From Octopus vulgaris (Eukaryota): DNA of 64,000 bases. How positions within the stretch are numbered: position 1 is the stretch's first letter; each line of letters begins with the position of its first letter. Under the pieces are notes generated by a model. It made no database searches and had not been told where the DNA came from. It saw only the letters and a list, made by a program, of their open reading frames with translations. The position numbers and the translations under genes are program-made. Positions 50,835 to 64,000 of this stretch are shown one piece after another. The stretch spans positions 173,476,001-173,540,000 of the forward strand of contig OX597816.1 in the NCBI GenBank assembly GCA_951406725.2, read 5' to 3'.

Positions 50835-51082
50835 ACCGACCAGACCATCAGATGTTGTTACACATCGCTGGTAATGACACCACCCCACTGGCTAAGCGAG
50901 CAGGCCAACAGAAGAAAGAGTGGTGAAAAAGTACAGCAGGGATCACCACCCCCTGCCGGAGCCTCGTGGAGCTTTTAGGTGTTTTCGCTTAATAAACACT
51001 CACAACGCCCGGTCTGGGAATCCAAACCGCGATCCTATGACCACGAGTCCGCTGCCCTAACCACTGGGCCATTGCGCCTCCC
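50828..51082 (-). mobile_element. SINE family C inside (TA)n
   Basis: Reverse complement of GGAGGCGCAATGGCCCAGTGGTTAGGGCAGCG. The 3' part differs from the 14559 copy. Confidence 0.85.
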
Positions 51083-51921
51083 ATATATATATATATATAT
51101 ATATAAAGTGCTACATAAAGACAAAATGGTCATAGCTGGAATGCTTTTGATCATAGAGCAATTCTATCATAATTAACCTTGAGTTAAAGAAAACAACTAC
51201 AACCAACCAACCTACCTACCTAGTTGTCCATATAGCCTCTTCTACATTATACTGAAAAGTTGAAAACAATTACACAGCAGCTTTTGTATCTGCTGCGTGA
51301 TGAAGCCTGTATTTGTATTTTGTAACTTTTTAGAATAAATCAACCTCCTGTGATTACTTTCATAACTGGGAAGAAAAGTTTTTAATTGAAAATGTGTGAT
51401 CTGTGGTGAAGGGCATAATTGTAAAGTATTTGTGTGGGTTCAGGTGATATTTGAGAAGCTGTAGTTGCTTAATCCTACCTCAAAATTGATTGAGTAGCCC
51501 CACAATCAAAGGCATTCCATTTGTGACTATTCCATCTAATTTAAGTCTCCCTTATAACAGATCCTTCCCTTGAAAAAAATGGAGTGAGTTTCGAGAGAGA
51601 TTTGAGCTATTTCTGGTAAGCCAAGCTCCCATATATAGGTTTCTTCTTTGGTAGAGATGGAGTAAAGATTCCAAGAGAAGATGAGGATGTTTCTGGTTAA
51701 TCATATTTTTCCTTTCTTTTTTGTTTTAAATTAATCAAGTCAACACAATTTATTGTCATTGCATTTACAACAAAAATTAGAAAGCGATAGAGAATAGATG
51801 TGATGTAGATAATGTTGTGATGTTGTAAGCTTCAGGTTATAAAATAACTTCTGTTATAGCACAGAGATGATAATACTCTAAGACGTACTCATAAACCAGG
51901 CTAGGTTCAATATAAATCATC

Positions 51922-52312
51922 GTGTGGTAAGTAGCTTGCTAACCAACCACATGGTTCCAGGTTCAGTCCCACTGCGTGGCATCTTGGGCAAGTGTCTTCT
52001 GCTATAGCCCTGGGCCGACCAATGCCTTGTGAGTGGATTTGGTAGACGGAAACTGAAAGAAGCCCGTCGTATATATATGTATATATATATGTGTTTGTGT
52101 GTCTGTGTTTGTCCCCCTAGCATTGCTTGACAACCGATGCTGGTGTGTTTACGTCCCCGTCACTTAGCGGTTCGGCAAAAAAGACTGATAGAATATGTAC
52201 TGGGCTTACAAAAGAATAAGTCCCGGGGTCGATTTGCTCGACTAAAGGCGGTGCTGCAGCATGGCCACAGTTAAATGACTGAAACAAGTAAAAGAGTAAA
52301 AAGAGAGAGTAA
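51922..52312 (+). mobile_element. SINE family A
   Basis: Sequence match. Confidence 0.9.
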
Positions 52313-52654
52313 AATCCATTGATGGTCTGAGTGATAGAATACCAGCGATAAAGGGTATAATAACATTTTACTAACACTACACTGTGTCTAAAACTGATTC
52401 ACATAAAGCTTAACATCTTGGTCAACCTAGCTATAACACAGGAGAATGATTCACTACTGTAAACAAAAGCAGAACTGCAAAACTGTTTTCTAACAAAATC
52501 TCAAATTTGGGGGAAGGGTACAATAAAATAAAGTATCAGTACTTGACTGGTACTTTATTTTATTGACTCACGAAGAATGAAAGACAAAGTTGACTTCTAT
52601 GGGATTTGAATTTTGAACATAATTTGTAAATTTCTTGTGGTAGGTTCAAGTCCT

Positions 52655-53025
52655 GACATAGAGTGTAGTAGGTGCTTTTACATGCCACCAGCCCGAGGGC
52701 CAGATTGATGGTACTGGCAACAGCCATATCCAAATGAGACCATAACCCGTGGCCTCTACCTGGGATGTAGTCAGTCGACTTATGCATACCTTTCCTTCTT
52801 GGATACAAAACTCCACTTGTGAAGACCCGTTGAGGCAAGTGGAAATCAAATCAGATATCAGAAATCAGAACCAAAATCGAAGTCGATCAACATCAATGGA
52901 AATTGCAGCTGTGATACCAGAGCCGGTGACACGTAAGCAAACCATCCGATCGTGGCCGTTGCCAGCGCCGCCCCGACTGGCCTCCGTGCCGGTGGCACGT
53001 AAAAAGCACCATCCGATCGTGGCTG
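52655..53025. mobile_element. RTE tail fragments with an internal orientation switch near 52735
   Basis: The left part matches the minus-orientation tail and the right part matches the plus-orientation tail. Confidence 0.7.
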
Positions 53026-53724
53026 ATATGGAAGTACTACTTTAAATTCTATCATCAACAATCTTGAACACTAAACTGGAATGGTGAAAGTACAGAGGAG
53101 GAGATCAACAGGTTTCAGTGAGAATGACACATTTTAAAGTGACCATAAAAATAAAAGTAATTTAATATATTTGTTGAAAGATCTGTCACAGAAAAAGATT
53201 TAAATTATATCCTTTTCCCTATGCAATCACAACCATTTACAGCAACAACAACAACAACACATGACTGCTTTATGCTGTGCTTTTATAGACTAACCTCATT
53301 ACACCACTCCTCACTAATAATGGACTTGATCTCACATTTATAAGTTCTGACATTCTGGTCTCCTGTAATGGATTAAAATTTGGCTGTTTTTATGTTGTGT
53401 GCCAGATTCTGTTTTGTAAAGTTTACGGCCAGAATTCTTCCAACTGAGAATTTCTATTCACAATTTTACAACAGAGTCAGAATTTGTTTAAATTTATTCA
53501 AATGACAGGATTTAATGTGAAATCTGAATGAGTTAAGTAGGAATTACTTGTACTACATCTATAACCCATGTACTATTAAATTTGCAGATTCAGAGCCAGT
53601 TATTAACTCAAGTTTCTGTTGTAAATGAGAGATAAATCTCCTGAATAAGAGGTTAATCTACAGCAGATAATTTTTTCCTATTTAAACTTTTGTCCTTTAT
53701 TTCTAACATTCAGATGAACTGAGA

Positions 53725-54055
53725 CATCATCATCATCATTTAGCATCTGCTTTCCATGCTAGCATTGGTTGGACGGTTCAACTGGGGTCTGGGAAGCTAG
53801 CACCAGGCCCAGTCTGATCTGGCAATGTTTCTACGGTTGGATGCCCTTCCTAACGCCAACCACTCCGTGAGTATAGTGGGTGCTTTTTACGTGCCAGACG
53901 GGGCTGGCAAACGGCCACGGTCAGATGGTGCTTTTTATGTGCCACCGGCACGGGGGCCAGGCCAGGCTGGCAACAGCCACGATCGGATGGTGCTTTTTAC
54001 GTGCCACTGGCACAGAGGCCCGTCGGGGCAGCGCTGGCAACGGCCACGTTCGGAT
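53725..54055 (-). mobile_element. RTE 3'-tail element
   Basis: (CAT)n followed by three units. Confidence 0.85.
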
Positions 54056-55504
54056 ATACATTAATATACATTATACATATAATATACATAGACATTAATA
54101 ACCATTAGTAAGTATCAAATCCAGACATTCAGCATTTGTTCTGATCTTCAGTATAGAGGGGAATACGAAGGAGTCATGATGTGGGAAACAAGAGCAAGTG
54201 ATGTACATACTGCCTAAGAGTACCATTACTTCATTGAATAGGTTCATTAGAAATCTTACCTACCTCTGGTCAATTTCCAAATGACTTAAAAGGTAAAAAA
54301 AATTAACTCTTAGCCATTTGTACAGATCCAGGAGTGCATTTTCAGTGAAATGGTGTAAGTGAATAAATGAAACAAATGAATGAGAGAGAACAAACTCTGT
54401 CAAGGTGAGTGAAATTGCACCTGCCTTTGTACTACCATTTTTAAGATTCTGAGAGCAAACCTAGGTATACTGAAATAATGAAAGATTTATCAGGAAAAAT
54501 TTCATATTTATTTTTATTTTAGTTATTTTTTTTTTACATTTCTTTATGATTTAATGCTTTCAGTGAAGCAGTTATGATACAATGGAGTTATGTTAACAAA
54601 GAGACTCAATTAACATTTGTTAACGATACAAGTTGATGACATGTGTTAATAAACACATGCAAATGACATACATTAATAAACAGTATACAAAAACAAAAAG
54701 AAGCTTATTAATAAATAGTAAATATATAAAAGCATTTAACTTGGTCAAAGTATGAAATACATGTGTCCTTTTTATATATATATAAACAAATCTTTATATA
54801 TGCTTACAAACATTTTGAGTGTCACTTTCTTAAAAAAACCTTTTACTTCAATGACTCTTTCAATTAGAGTTAGAGGATTGGATGAACCTTCAAAGTAAAG
54901 CATTCAGTCAAGTCTATCTTGTAGCTAAAACTCACAAGATTGTACCTTAGCAAATCACTTTTCATATTGCAGCCACTAGCAACATCTCAATTATTCCACC
55001 CTACAGTGAAGTGGACTGGTCATTGACACAATTCAGTAGCAGTATCAGGATATGAACAGCTAACATGTCATCACGTGTAGCTTTTTTTGGTCATCTGAGA
55101 TTTATTTGAATTGCTTCTTGGTGTTTCTGTGGCAACCTAGGTGTCTCATCCAAACAATTATTCAACAATGAATTACCCCCTCCTTTCCTCCCAGTAATTA
55201 TCAAAGCAAACGAATTTATTTGAATTATTAAATGTGTCTGTTTTACAAACACAAGACAGGAATTGTTTATATGATGGTGGATGTGGTAGAGAAGAAGCTG
55301 AGCCGACAGAGCACAAGATTAGAAGCCTTTAGAAGTATTTAGTTTCATTTTCTGTTTTGTACTTCAAGAACTGCAAGGGCCAATTCAATATTTTGTAGTT
55401 CTGGAGTAGGGTTTCAATCAACTATATCCAACCCTACAATAATTAGCCAAAAAGAAACATTAAAATAATAAAATACAGCATCATCAACATCACACACATG
55501 ATGA

Positions 55505-55535
<31 letters not shown>

Positions 55536-56070
55536 TAGCAATCACAATATCGGTTGTTCAGCATCTTTTTCTTACTTTTGTTTCATCTACAGAATTTCTT
55601 TCCTCAACTAACCAAATAAGAGTATTAAGAGAGACTTGAAATGTTTTCTTCTTATCTTCCAAAATATAACTGATATCTTTCACTACGTACGATATCACAT
55701 GAGGAGTCATTTGAACTAATGCCAGTGTATTATTACTGTTCCTTTTATTAATCTCAAGGAAAACTTGACAGAGTCAATCCAGGCAGGATTTGAACTTGGA
55801 ATTTAGGATAAAATTAAATAATGTTATATTATTATTTGCTAGCCCCAAAATATATGTAATTTAAAAAAAACAAAACGAAAAAGTATTTTGAATTGAAATT
55901 CTTAAAAAAATATGATAAAAATAAATGATTAAAAATTATATTTACTATTTTAAAAAAAGAAGTAAAAATGAAAAATATTAAGACTTGTGTTCCATATCCA
56001 TAAATATTTAGTTTTGTAAAAGAACTTTCAGATAGATGTAACTGTTTCTCTTCAGAATTAAATATGGCAA

Positions 56071-56209
56071 TCAGAATATAGTCAGTTTCTTATGAGCATG
56101 TCTCTGGTTTTTCTGCTGTCCTATAGCTTTCTCAGATGCTTTCAGCTGGCTTTTGTATGTCTCAAGGTTGCTAAGTTTTTCCTGCACTGATTTTACAACA
56201 CTCTGATTC
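56071..56209 (-). CDS. Terminal coding exon of a host gene (..NQSVVKSVQEKLSNLETYKSQLKASEKAIGQQKNQRHAHKKLTIF*)
   Basis: Minus-strand TTAAC branch, TTATGTTTTTACACAG acceptor, coiled-coil-like peptide, TGA stop, then AT-rich 3' sequence. Gene not identified. Confidence 0.7.
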
Positions 56210-56869
56210 CTGTGTAAAAACATAAGCATAAATGTTAATTCATAAGATAAACAACAAATATCTATCCATGGATAAGAAAAAAAGCAACAAGAATGGATCA
56301 ATATATCGGTACAATTGTTTCGTACGAAGACATCTTTAATAAGGCTACAAAAATTGCAGTAAATATAAGTGACCCGTACTCATCAGCTGAAAAAACATCT
56401 GAGATCCCCAAACATCAAAGGGGGTGATGTTACACATTCGTGAAACATCATGGAAAGTTCTATAAAAATGAGATTTAGATAACAAATTGGTTTCTAAAAG
56501 TTCTATTAGTATTGCACAGTCATATATCAGGTTTTTAAAAAATTATTTCAAAACCTCTTAGTTTTCCAGAAAGTGAAGGTGAAAGTGAGGGTGTGAGTTT
56601 ATCCATATTGAAGAAAGTTTGATTCCTGGAGATCTGATGAGAGGTACCATACTCACAGGGATATCTATATTAAATAGTCAAATACTGGAACTTTGATGAT
56701 TAAATATTTCCATAAGTGGCTATCATAAACCATTATGAACTCTTTTCTAAGAGGATCTGGTATCACATTAGAGTCAATATCTTGACAGATACAAGTATGC
56801 AGGATATGTATTCTGTTTAATATCACATGGTCAATTTGAGTTGGAGGTTCAATCATTTTGAGCATTTTC

Positions 56870-57265
56870 CTTTACTCTTTTACTTGTTTCAGTCATTTGA
56901 CTGCGGCCATACTGGAGCACCGCCTTTAATCGAGCAACTCGACCCCAGGACTTATTCTTTTGTAAGCCCAGTACTTATTCAATCGGTCTCTTTTGCCGAA
57001 CTGCTAAGTAACGGGGACGTAAACACACCAGCATCGGTTGTCAAGCAATGCTAGGGGGACAAACACAGACACACAAACACATATATATATATATATATAT
57101 ACGACAGGCTTCTTTCAGTTTCCGTCTATCAAATCCACTCACAAGGCTTTGGTCTGCCCGAGGCTATAGTAGAAGACACTTGCCCAAGGTGCCACGCAGT
57201 AGGTCTGAACCCGGAACCATGTGGTTGGTAAACAAGCTACTTACCACACAGCCACTCCTGCGCCT
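56870..57265 (-). mobile_element. SINE family A
   Basis: Sequence match. Confidence 0.9.
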
Positions 57266-57544
57266 TTGTATAAGTTATTTATACATATGCTTCCCTGATA
57301 ACACCTAATCAAGAGGGTATGTTTAAGACAGATTCACTGCATTGTTGAAACAGATATTAAAATGAAAATGGTGCTAGCAGTGATAAAAAGTGGTAGTAAT
57401 TACAGAAATTTACAACCCTTATATTTTAAGTCTTGCAGAATTTGTGAATCAGCAAATGGTCTTAGAAAATACATTTTATCAACTATAAGCACTTGGTCTC
57501 CACCCCTGCCAATATTATTTAACAACAAAAGAATATTCTTTTCT

Positions 57545-59028
57545 ACTCTGATGACCTTGCTCTAATTACTGAGTCACTAGCAGAACTGGAGGAGAAGTTT
57601 CAGGTGTGGAAGCAAGGATTAGAATCGAAGGGCCTTAGAGTCAACCTAGCTAAAACCAAAGTCCTAATAAGTAGGAAGGCAGGCAAACCACAAATCCCTT
57701 CAAGTAGATAACTCTGCTTGATCTGTAGAAAAGGCGTAGGTAGAAACTCCATAAGATGTACCCAGTGTAAGCTATGGACACATAAGAGGTGCAGCAATAT
57801 GAAAGGAAGGCTAACTGGAAGATAGTTTTTGTGTGGGGCAAATGCTCAGGAGCAATAAACACTGAAAATGTGCAGAGAACAGCTTCCGTCACATTCCAGA
57901 GGGTAAAACTACAAGTAGTTGATAGCTTCTATTACCTAGGTGACCAAGTCAGTAGCGGGGGTGTATGCTCTGAAAGTGTAGCTGTGAGAATAAGAATAGT
58001 GTAGGCAATGTTCAAAGAGCTCCTACCTATGCTGGTGACAAAGGGCCTCTTGTTCAGAGTGAGAGGTAGACTGCATGACGCATGTGTGTGAGCAGCCATG
58101 CTACATGGCAGAGAAACATGGGCCATGATTGCCGAGGACATGCGTAAGCTTGCAAGGAATGACGCCAGTATGCTCTGATGGATGTGTAATGTCAGTGTGC
58201 ATACACGAGAGTGTAAGCACTCTGAGAAAAAAGTTGGATTTAAGAAGCATCAGATGTGGTGTGCAAGAAAGCTATGCTGGTATGGTCATGTGTTGTAAAC
58301 AGATGAGGACAGCTGTGTGAAAGTGTCACACCCTAGCATTTGAGGGAACCCGTGGAAGAAGTAGACCCAGGAAGACCTGGGATGAAGGGTTGAAGCACGG
58401 CCTTTGGACATTGGGTCTCACCAAGGCAATGACAAGTGACTGGGACCTTTGGAGATGTGCTGTGCTTGAGAAGACCTGGCAAGCCAAGTGAGACCATAAC
58501 TGTGGCCTATGCCAGTGCTGTATAACTAGCCTATTTAAGAGTACCTTTCAATCATTGGACAATAAACTACGTTTACGAAGTCCTGTTGAGGCAAGTGAAA
58601 TCATTGTCATACTCAATGACAGTACTGCCTGATTGGCACCTGTTCCAGTGGATTGTTAAAAGCACCATTTGAGCATGGTCATTGACAGGGCCACTGACTG
58701 GCTCCCATGCTGGTGGCACATAAAAAGCACCATTCGAGTGTGGTCATTGCCAGTTCCGCTGGACTGACTCCTGTGCAGGTGGCACGTATAAAGCACCATT
58801 TGAGCATGGCCGATGCCAGTACCGCCTAACTGGCCCTCGTGCCAGTGACATGTAAAAGCACCCACTACACTCTTGGATTGGTCGGTATCATGAAGGGCAT
58901 CCAGCTGTAGAAACTTTGCCATATCAGACAAGCTGGTGCAGCCTTCTGCCTTGCCAGCCCTCAGTCGAACTGTCCAACCCATGCCAGCATGGAAAGCAGA
59001 TGTTAAACAATGATGATGATGATGATGA
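57545..59028 (+). mobile_element. 5'-truncated RTE LINE (end of RT, PHD-like finger, VNTR tail)
   Basis: DDLALITES..GLESKGLRVNLAKTK..CLICRKGVGRNSIRCTQCKLWTHKRC, ending in (GAT)n. Confidence 0.9.
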
Positions 59029-59054
59029 CTCTAGGTACAAGGCCCAAAATTTTT

Positions 59055-59182
59055 TATTGAACCTGAGAGGATGAGAGGCAAAGTGAACCTCAGTGGAATT
59101 TGAACTCAGAATGTAAAGACAGGTGAAATACCACTAAGCATTTCGCCCGGCGTGCTAATGTTTCTGCCAGCTTGTTGCCTTA
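59055..59182 (-). mobile_element. SINE family B, 5' part
   Basis: GGAATTTGAACTC..GCATTTCGCCCGGCGTGCTAA..TCTGCCAGC. Confidence 0.8.
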
Positions 59183-60304
59183 ACAACAAAAGAACATTAT
59201 TAACGAGCTACATGAATATGAAAAATGTAGCAGTTTTGACTTACTACTCTACTTGTTTTTGACCTCCTCCTCTCACTTTTTCACCACCATCATCATCATG
59301 TTTTTATTCATTTACGAGGAACCAACAAACGTGATTACAATAGTCAAACAGTAATAATAATAACAACAAACCTTTTTAATGTATCCCCATTTATGTGAAA
59401 CCACTTATTCAAGTTCAAGTCATTGATGCAATTTTATACGAATTGCTAATACACACACACACACACACATAATAAGGGTGAAAAACTGAATATTAATTTG
59501 ATTAATATGAATTGAAAACCAGTGGTGTAGCATATAAGACAATAGCGGATCTTCCTCTAGCAAAAAGGATGACCAGTATTAATTGCTCATCCCTTTTATA
59601 TAAATACTTTCACTTTAATTGTTGCACACTTTCAAAGAGAAAGGAGGAGAAAGTGTAGTGGTAATGGTAGGAGTGAAGCACTTGAAATGAAAGAGGGAAA
59701 TCGTAAAATATTGAGTTTTCTCAAATTTTTGCTTAATTGGGGGTGAAATTGAAAAAACTTTACATGCCATGACCCAATGGGATCTACTTGGAAAAATGAT
59801 AGGTAAATTCCAATTGAAGAAATTCTATATTGTACAATTGTATAAAAAACGAACGGTTTGGGAGGCAGAGAAAATCTGCCTTTTATCATAAGAGATCATC
59901 GTCTTCTTTCCCATCAATCTTTTCTTTTTCATCATTTTTAATCATCATCATTAATGTTGTTATCATAACTTTGTCTTTTCAATCATTTTCTTCTTCAGTT
60001 TCTCCCTCTATCTCACCCCTCCTTGACTTAATCAATTTGCATGTTATATGTTTTAGGTCTTAACAAAAAGGTAGGAAAAGCATGACTGTGAATTAAGATT
60101 AATGTTACATATAATTTTAGGTATAGGTAATGCCCATAAAATGCAGTTTGTGACAACACTAACAGTGAGAAACTTCCTGTGCCAATTGTCTTCAGTCTCT
60201 TCCAGTGGGTTGCTAATGGAGACATGAAGTGGAGAAAATAAAAAGAGGATGAAAATTATGATTCAGTAATAACTGATAAAACAAATTTGATAAATGTTAC
60301 ATAA

Positions 60305-60477
60305 TAGGCGCAGGAATAGCTGTGTGGTAAGTAGCTTGCTAACCAACCACATGGTTCCGGGTTCAGTCCCACTGCGTGGCATCTTGGGCAAGTGTCTTCT
60401 GCTATATCCCCGGGCCGACCAATGCCTTGTGAGTGGATTTGGTAGACGGAAACTGAAAGAAGCCTGTCGTATATATG

Positions 60478-60508
<31 letters not shown>

Positions 60509-60727
60509 ACAGTATGTTTGTGTGTCTGTGTTTGTCCCCCTAGCATTGCTTGACAACCAATGCTGGTGTGTTTACATCCCCGTCACTTAGCAGTTCGGCA
60601 AAAGAGACCGATAGAATAAGTACTGGGCTTACAAAAGAATAAGTCCCGGGGTCGAGTTGCTCGACTAAAGGCGGTGCTCCAGCATGGCCGCAGTCAAATG
60701 ACTGAAACAAGTAAAAGTAAAAGAGTA
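60305..60727 (+). mobile_element. SINE family A
   Basis: Sequence match. Confidence 0.9.
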
Positions 60728-60901
60728 TAATAATTGTTGTTAATTTAAAAGATGCTGTGTGTGCATGACAAACGTTATAAATTTGATAAATAATGTGAAT
60801 TTGATAGAATCAGACTGTTTTAATAAACGTGTGTTTGATAAAAGTTCTCTTCAGATGTTCATGTACAATCTATCTCCAAATGAAAAGTATGAGAAACATG
60901 T

Positions 60902-61130
60902 TTAACCCTTTAGTGTTTAAACCGGCCCATATCAGGCCAAAATTGTTTTCCTGTTTTATGCTCAAACCAGCCAGCTCTGACCTCTCACACCTACCCTACA
61001 AAGTCATTCTAAAAATAAACAGGGACATCATCAATATCCCAGAGTTACAAGATGCTGTACAATTAATTTAAAACAATGTAATTAAACAGGCTTTACATTT
61101 GACAGAGTAATCTGATTGCTAAAGGGTTAA
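60902..61130. mobile_element. TTAA-flanked MITE
   Basis: TTAACCCTTTAGTGTT and GCTAAAGGGTTAA ends. Confidence 0.85.
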
Positions 61131-62460
61131 ACTATTTTAAAAAGCAAATACTAAAATTGTCACATTTTCATCTCATTTGCATTTCTATTTTTCTTTTCCT
61201 TACCCACCCACACCATCATTAGCCAAGAATCTTCCAAGCACAGGTAAAATATGTAGGAGGAGTAGGAGGAGAGAAAGAGACATTGGGGTTGAATCCTCTG
61301 ATAACGATCCTATAATAAGCATCTAGCCTGAGGCCACAAATAATAGAATGAGGTTTAAGGTATGTGCAGGTGGCAAAGGGGTGAGAGAGACTTTGGCAAA
61401 AAAAAAAACAGGAAATAGTTCATAAGAGGGGAGGTAATTAAAAGTGTCATGTCTCCCTAATTAGATAGGAGAGAAATTATTCCTCTTTACTATCTTTTCA
61501 TTGTATGAGCAACACTTTTCTAGATAACACATGCATAGAGTTCAGAAAATTAATCACTAGGCTTGCTGATATATCAATGGTGTGAATGGTCAAGTGTGGT
61601 CAAATGATTGAGGGCAGATGGGCGAGAATGTTTAGGTTTTCCAGGATATGGTGAGGAATGCTTCTTATTCATTTGCTGGCAAGGAACATGCATGTCATTA
61701 CTGGCTAATCTTTCAGCACACTACGTAATACTCCACCATACAACACCACAATAAGCTGCAACACCACACTCCCTATCTAGTAATAATTAAAAACATGTCA
61801 CATGCAGACTCATAACAGGATATAGGAGAAGTTGTGTAATTACTTTTACCAAAACATATAGATAAGGACACCTGAGGCAAGCTAGGAAATGACTGCAAGT
61901 TAAAATTACCTGTTTACTTAAAAAGGATTTGTCATAGGTTTAAATTTGTATCAGCACTACGCAATATTACCTTTAAGAAGTTGAAATTAGTCAACATGTA
62001 TGTATGTGTGGATACATATATGTGTGAGTGTGTGTATGTATCTGTGCATCAATAAATATGTATGCATGTGTGTTATGTATGTTTATACAAATATATATGT
62101 TTGTGTGTGTTCTCAGTACCCCCTTATTTATCATAGTCCTCTAGGCCACAAAAGAGTAATTTAAGACAGGTTGCCCTTAGGAGGTTCTCTATACTATAAT
62201 CACTGCCAGAACTAGAGGAGAAATTTCAAGTGTGAAAGCCATGCCTGGAAGCAAAGAGCCTTAGAGTTAATTTGGCAAAGATCAAAGTCCCTAGTAAGTA
62301 GGAAAACAGACAAATCACTGATCCCTTTAGGGAGATTGCTCTGCTTGATATGTGTGTATGTAGGAACTCCATATGGTGTACCCAGTGCAAGTCATGGACA
62401 TATAAGAGGTGCAACAAGTATCACAGAAAGGTTAAAAGAGGCAGTAGTCTTTGTGTGTAG

Positions 62461-62554
62461 CAGGTGTGCAGGTGTACAGGTGTGCAGGTGTACAGGTGTG
62501 CAGGTGTACAGGTGTGCAGGTGTACAGGTGTGCAGGTGTACAGGTGTGCAGGTG
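62461..62554. repeat. (CAGGTGTG CAGGTGTA)n minisatellite
   Basis: Twelve CAGGTG at 8-bp pitch. Confidence 0.95.
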
Positions 62555-62634
62555 CATTAAACACTAGGAATGTACAGAAAATGAACTCCTTCAATTGTTG
62601 GGGAGGAAGGAATCCTTAGAAGTAGTAGACAGTT

Positions 62635-62801
62635 TAGGCGCAGGAGTGGCTGTGTGGTAAGTAGCTTGCTAACCAACCACATGGTTCCGGGTTCAGTCCC
62701 ACTGTGTGGCATCTTAGGCAAGTGTCTTCTGCTATAGCCCCGGGCCGACCAATGCCTTGTGAGTGGATTTGGTAGACGGAAACTGAAAGAAGCCCGTCGT
62801 A

Positions 62802-62852
<51 letters not shown>

Positions 62853-63068
62853 ATATGTCTGTGTTTGTCCCCCTAGCATTGCTTGACAACCGATGCTGGT
62901 GTGTTTACGTCCCCGTCACTTAGCAGTTCGGCAAAAGAGACCGATAGAATAAGTACTGGGCTTACAAAGTATAAGTCCCGGGGTCGATTTGCTCGACTAA
63001 AGGCAGTGCTCCAGCATGGCCGCAGTCAAATGACTGAAACAAGAAAAAGAGTAAAAGAGAGAGAAAGA
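62635..63068 (+). mobile_element. SINE family A
   Basis: Sequence match, inserted within the LINE. Confidence 0.9.
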
Positions 63069-64000
63069 GTTTCCATTACTTAGACAACCAAGTTAGCAGT
63101 GGAGGAGTTAATTCTGAAAGCACAGTTGCTAGAATAAGAAGAAGCTAGGCAAAGTTCAGGGATCTAGTGCCTTTCTTTGTAACAAAAGGCCTCTCTCTCT
63201 GAGTGAAAGGAAGATTGTATAATGCCTATGTACAAACAGTTATGCTACACAGCAGTGAGACATGGGCTGTGACCAATGAGGACACGTGAAGGCTTGAAAG
63301 AAATGAAGTCAGCATGCTCCACTGGATGGGTAATGTCAGTGTACATGTACAACAAAGAGTAAGTGATTAGAGAGAAAAATGGGGTATACAAGGAATCAGA
63401 AGTAGTGTGCAAGATAGAAGACCCAGCTGGTACGGTCATGTGATGTGTATGGGTGAGGAAAGGTGCATCAAGAAGTACTGATCTCTGACTACAGACGAGA
63501 CAGGTGAAAGAGTAGACCCAAGATTTAGGACAAACTGGTGAGAAAACATCTTCAGATGTTGGGCCTCACAGAGGAGATGACAAGGAACTGAGATTGCTAG
63601 CAGTTTGCTGTAGTTGAGGAGACATGTCAAGCTAAGTAAAATCATGGTCATCCATCCATACAAGCATATCCTCTACATCCTTATATCAGCTGAAACATTC
63701 TACACTTGTGAGCTGATAGATGCTGGAGCCATGTAAGATCACTCATATTGATGCTATATAAAAGCACTTGTGCCAACATCACATTAAAGCATCTGTAAAG
63801 TGTTACATTAAAAACTCTGTAAAGTAGTTGGCATTAGAAAGAGCATCCAGCCATAGAAACCATGCCAAAACAGATAAATGGAGCCCAGGTTGCTCTCCAG
63901 TTGCCCACTTCCTGGCAAACCATCCAACCCATGTCAACATGGAGAGCAGACATTAAATGATGATGATGGAGATATATATATATATTCATGTCATCACCAT

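Larger units (their letters stand above)
62115..63968 (+). mobile_element. Decayed 5'-truncated RTE LINE, split by SINE A
   Basis: LFIIVL..RVNLAK, Cys cluster, KGRLY..SETW and (GAT)n tail. Confidence 0.85.

Overview
This is eukaryotic, AT-rich, repeat-saturated DNA. The SINE/LINE repertoire resembles that of octopus (coleoid cephalopod) genomes, which is an inference. Most ORFs in the track are read-throughs of microsatellites or SINEs. Supported content: a decayed Gypsy pol; several RTE-clade LINE copies (one family has a PHD-like finger and a ~60-bp VNTR tail); a BovB-like RTE; Penelope-like RT and terminal remnants with minimal hammerhead motifs; CR1-like fragments; mariner, DD37D-type and hAT transposon fossils; two Helitron remnants; TTAA MITEs; and three tRNA-derived SINE families (~17 copies of the main one). 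Host-gene signal is limited to two in-frame micro-exons (+, 5803-5953), a candidate terminal exon (+, 38900-39102) and a good terminal coding exon (-, 56071-56209). The most interesting items are hammerhead motifs including a U3-A8 covariant, fold-back and templated-insertion scars, and an inverted SINE pair bracketing the micro-exons. I found no convincing novel multi-gene system. Element boundaries are by eye and approximate.
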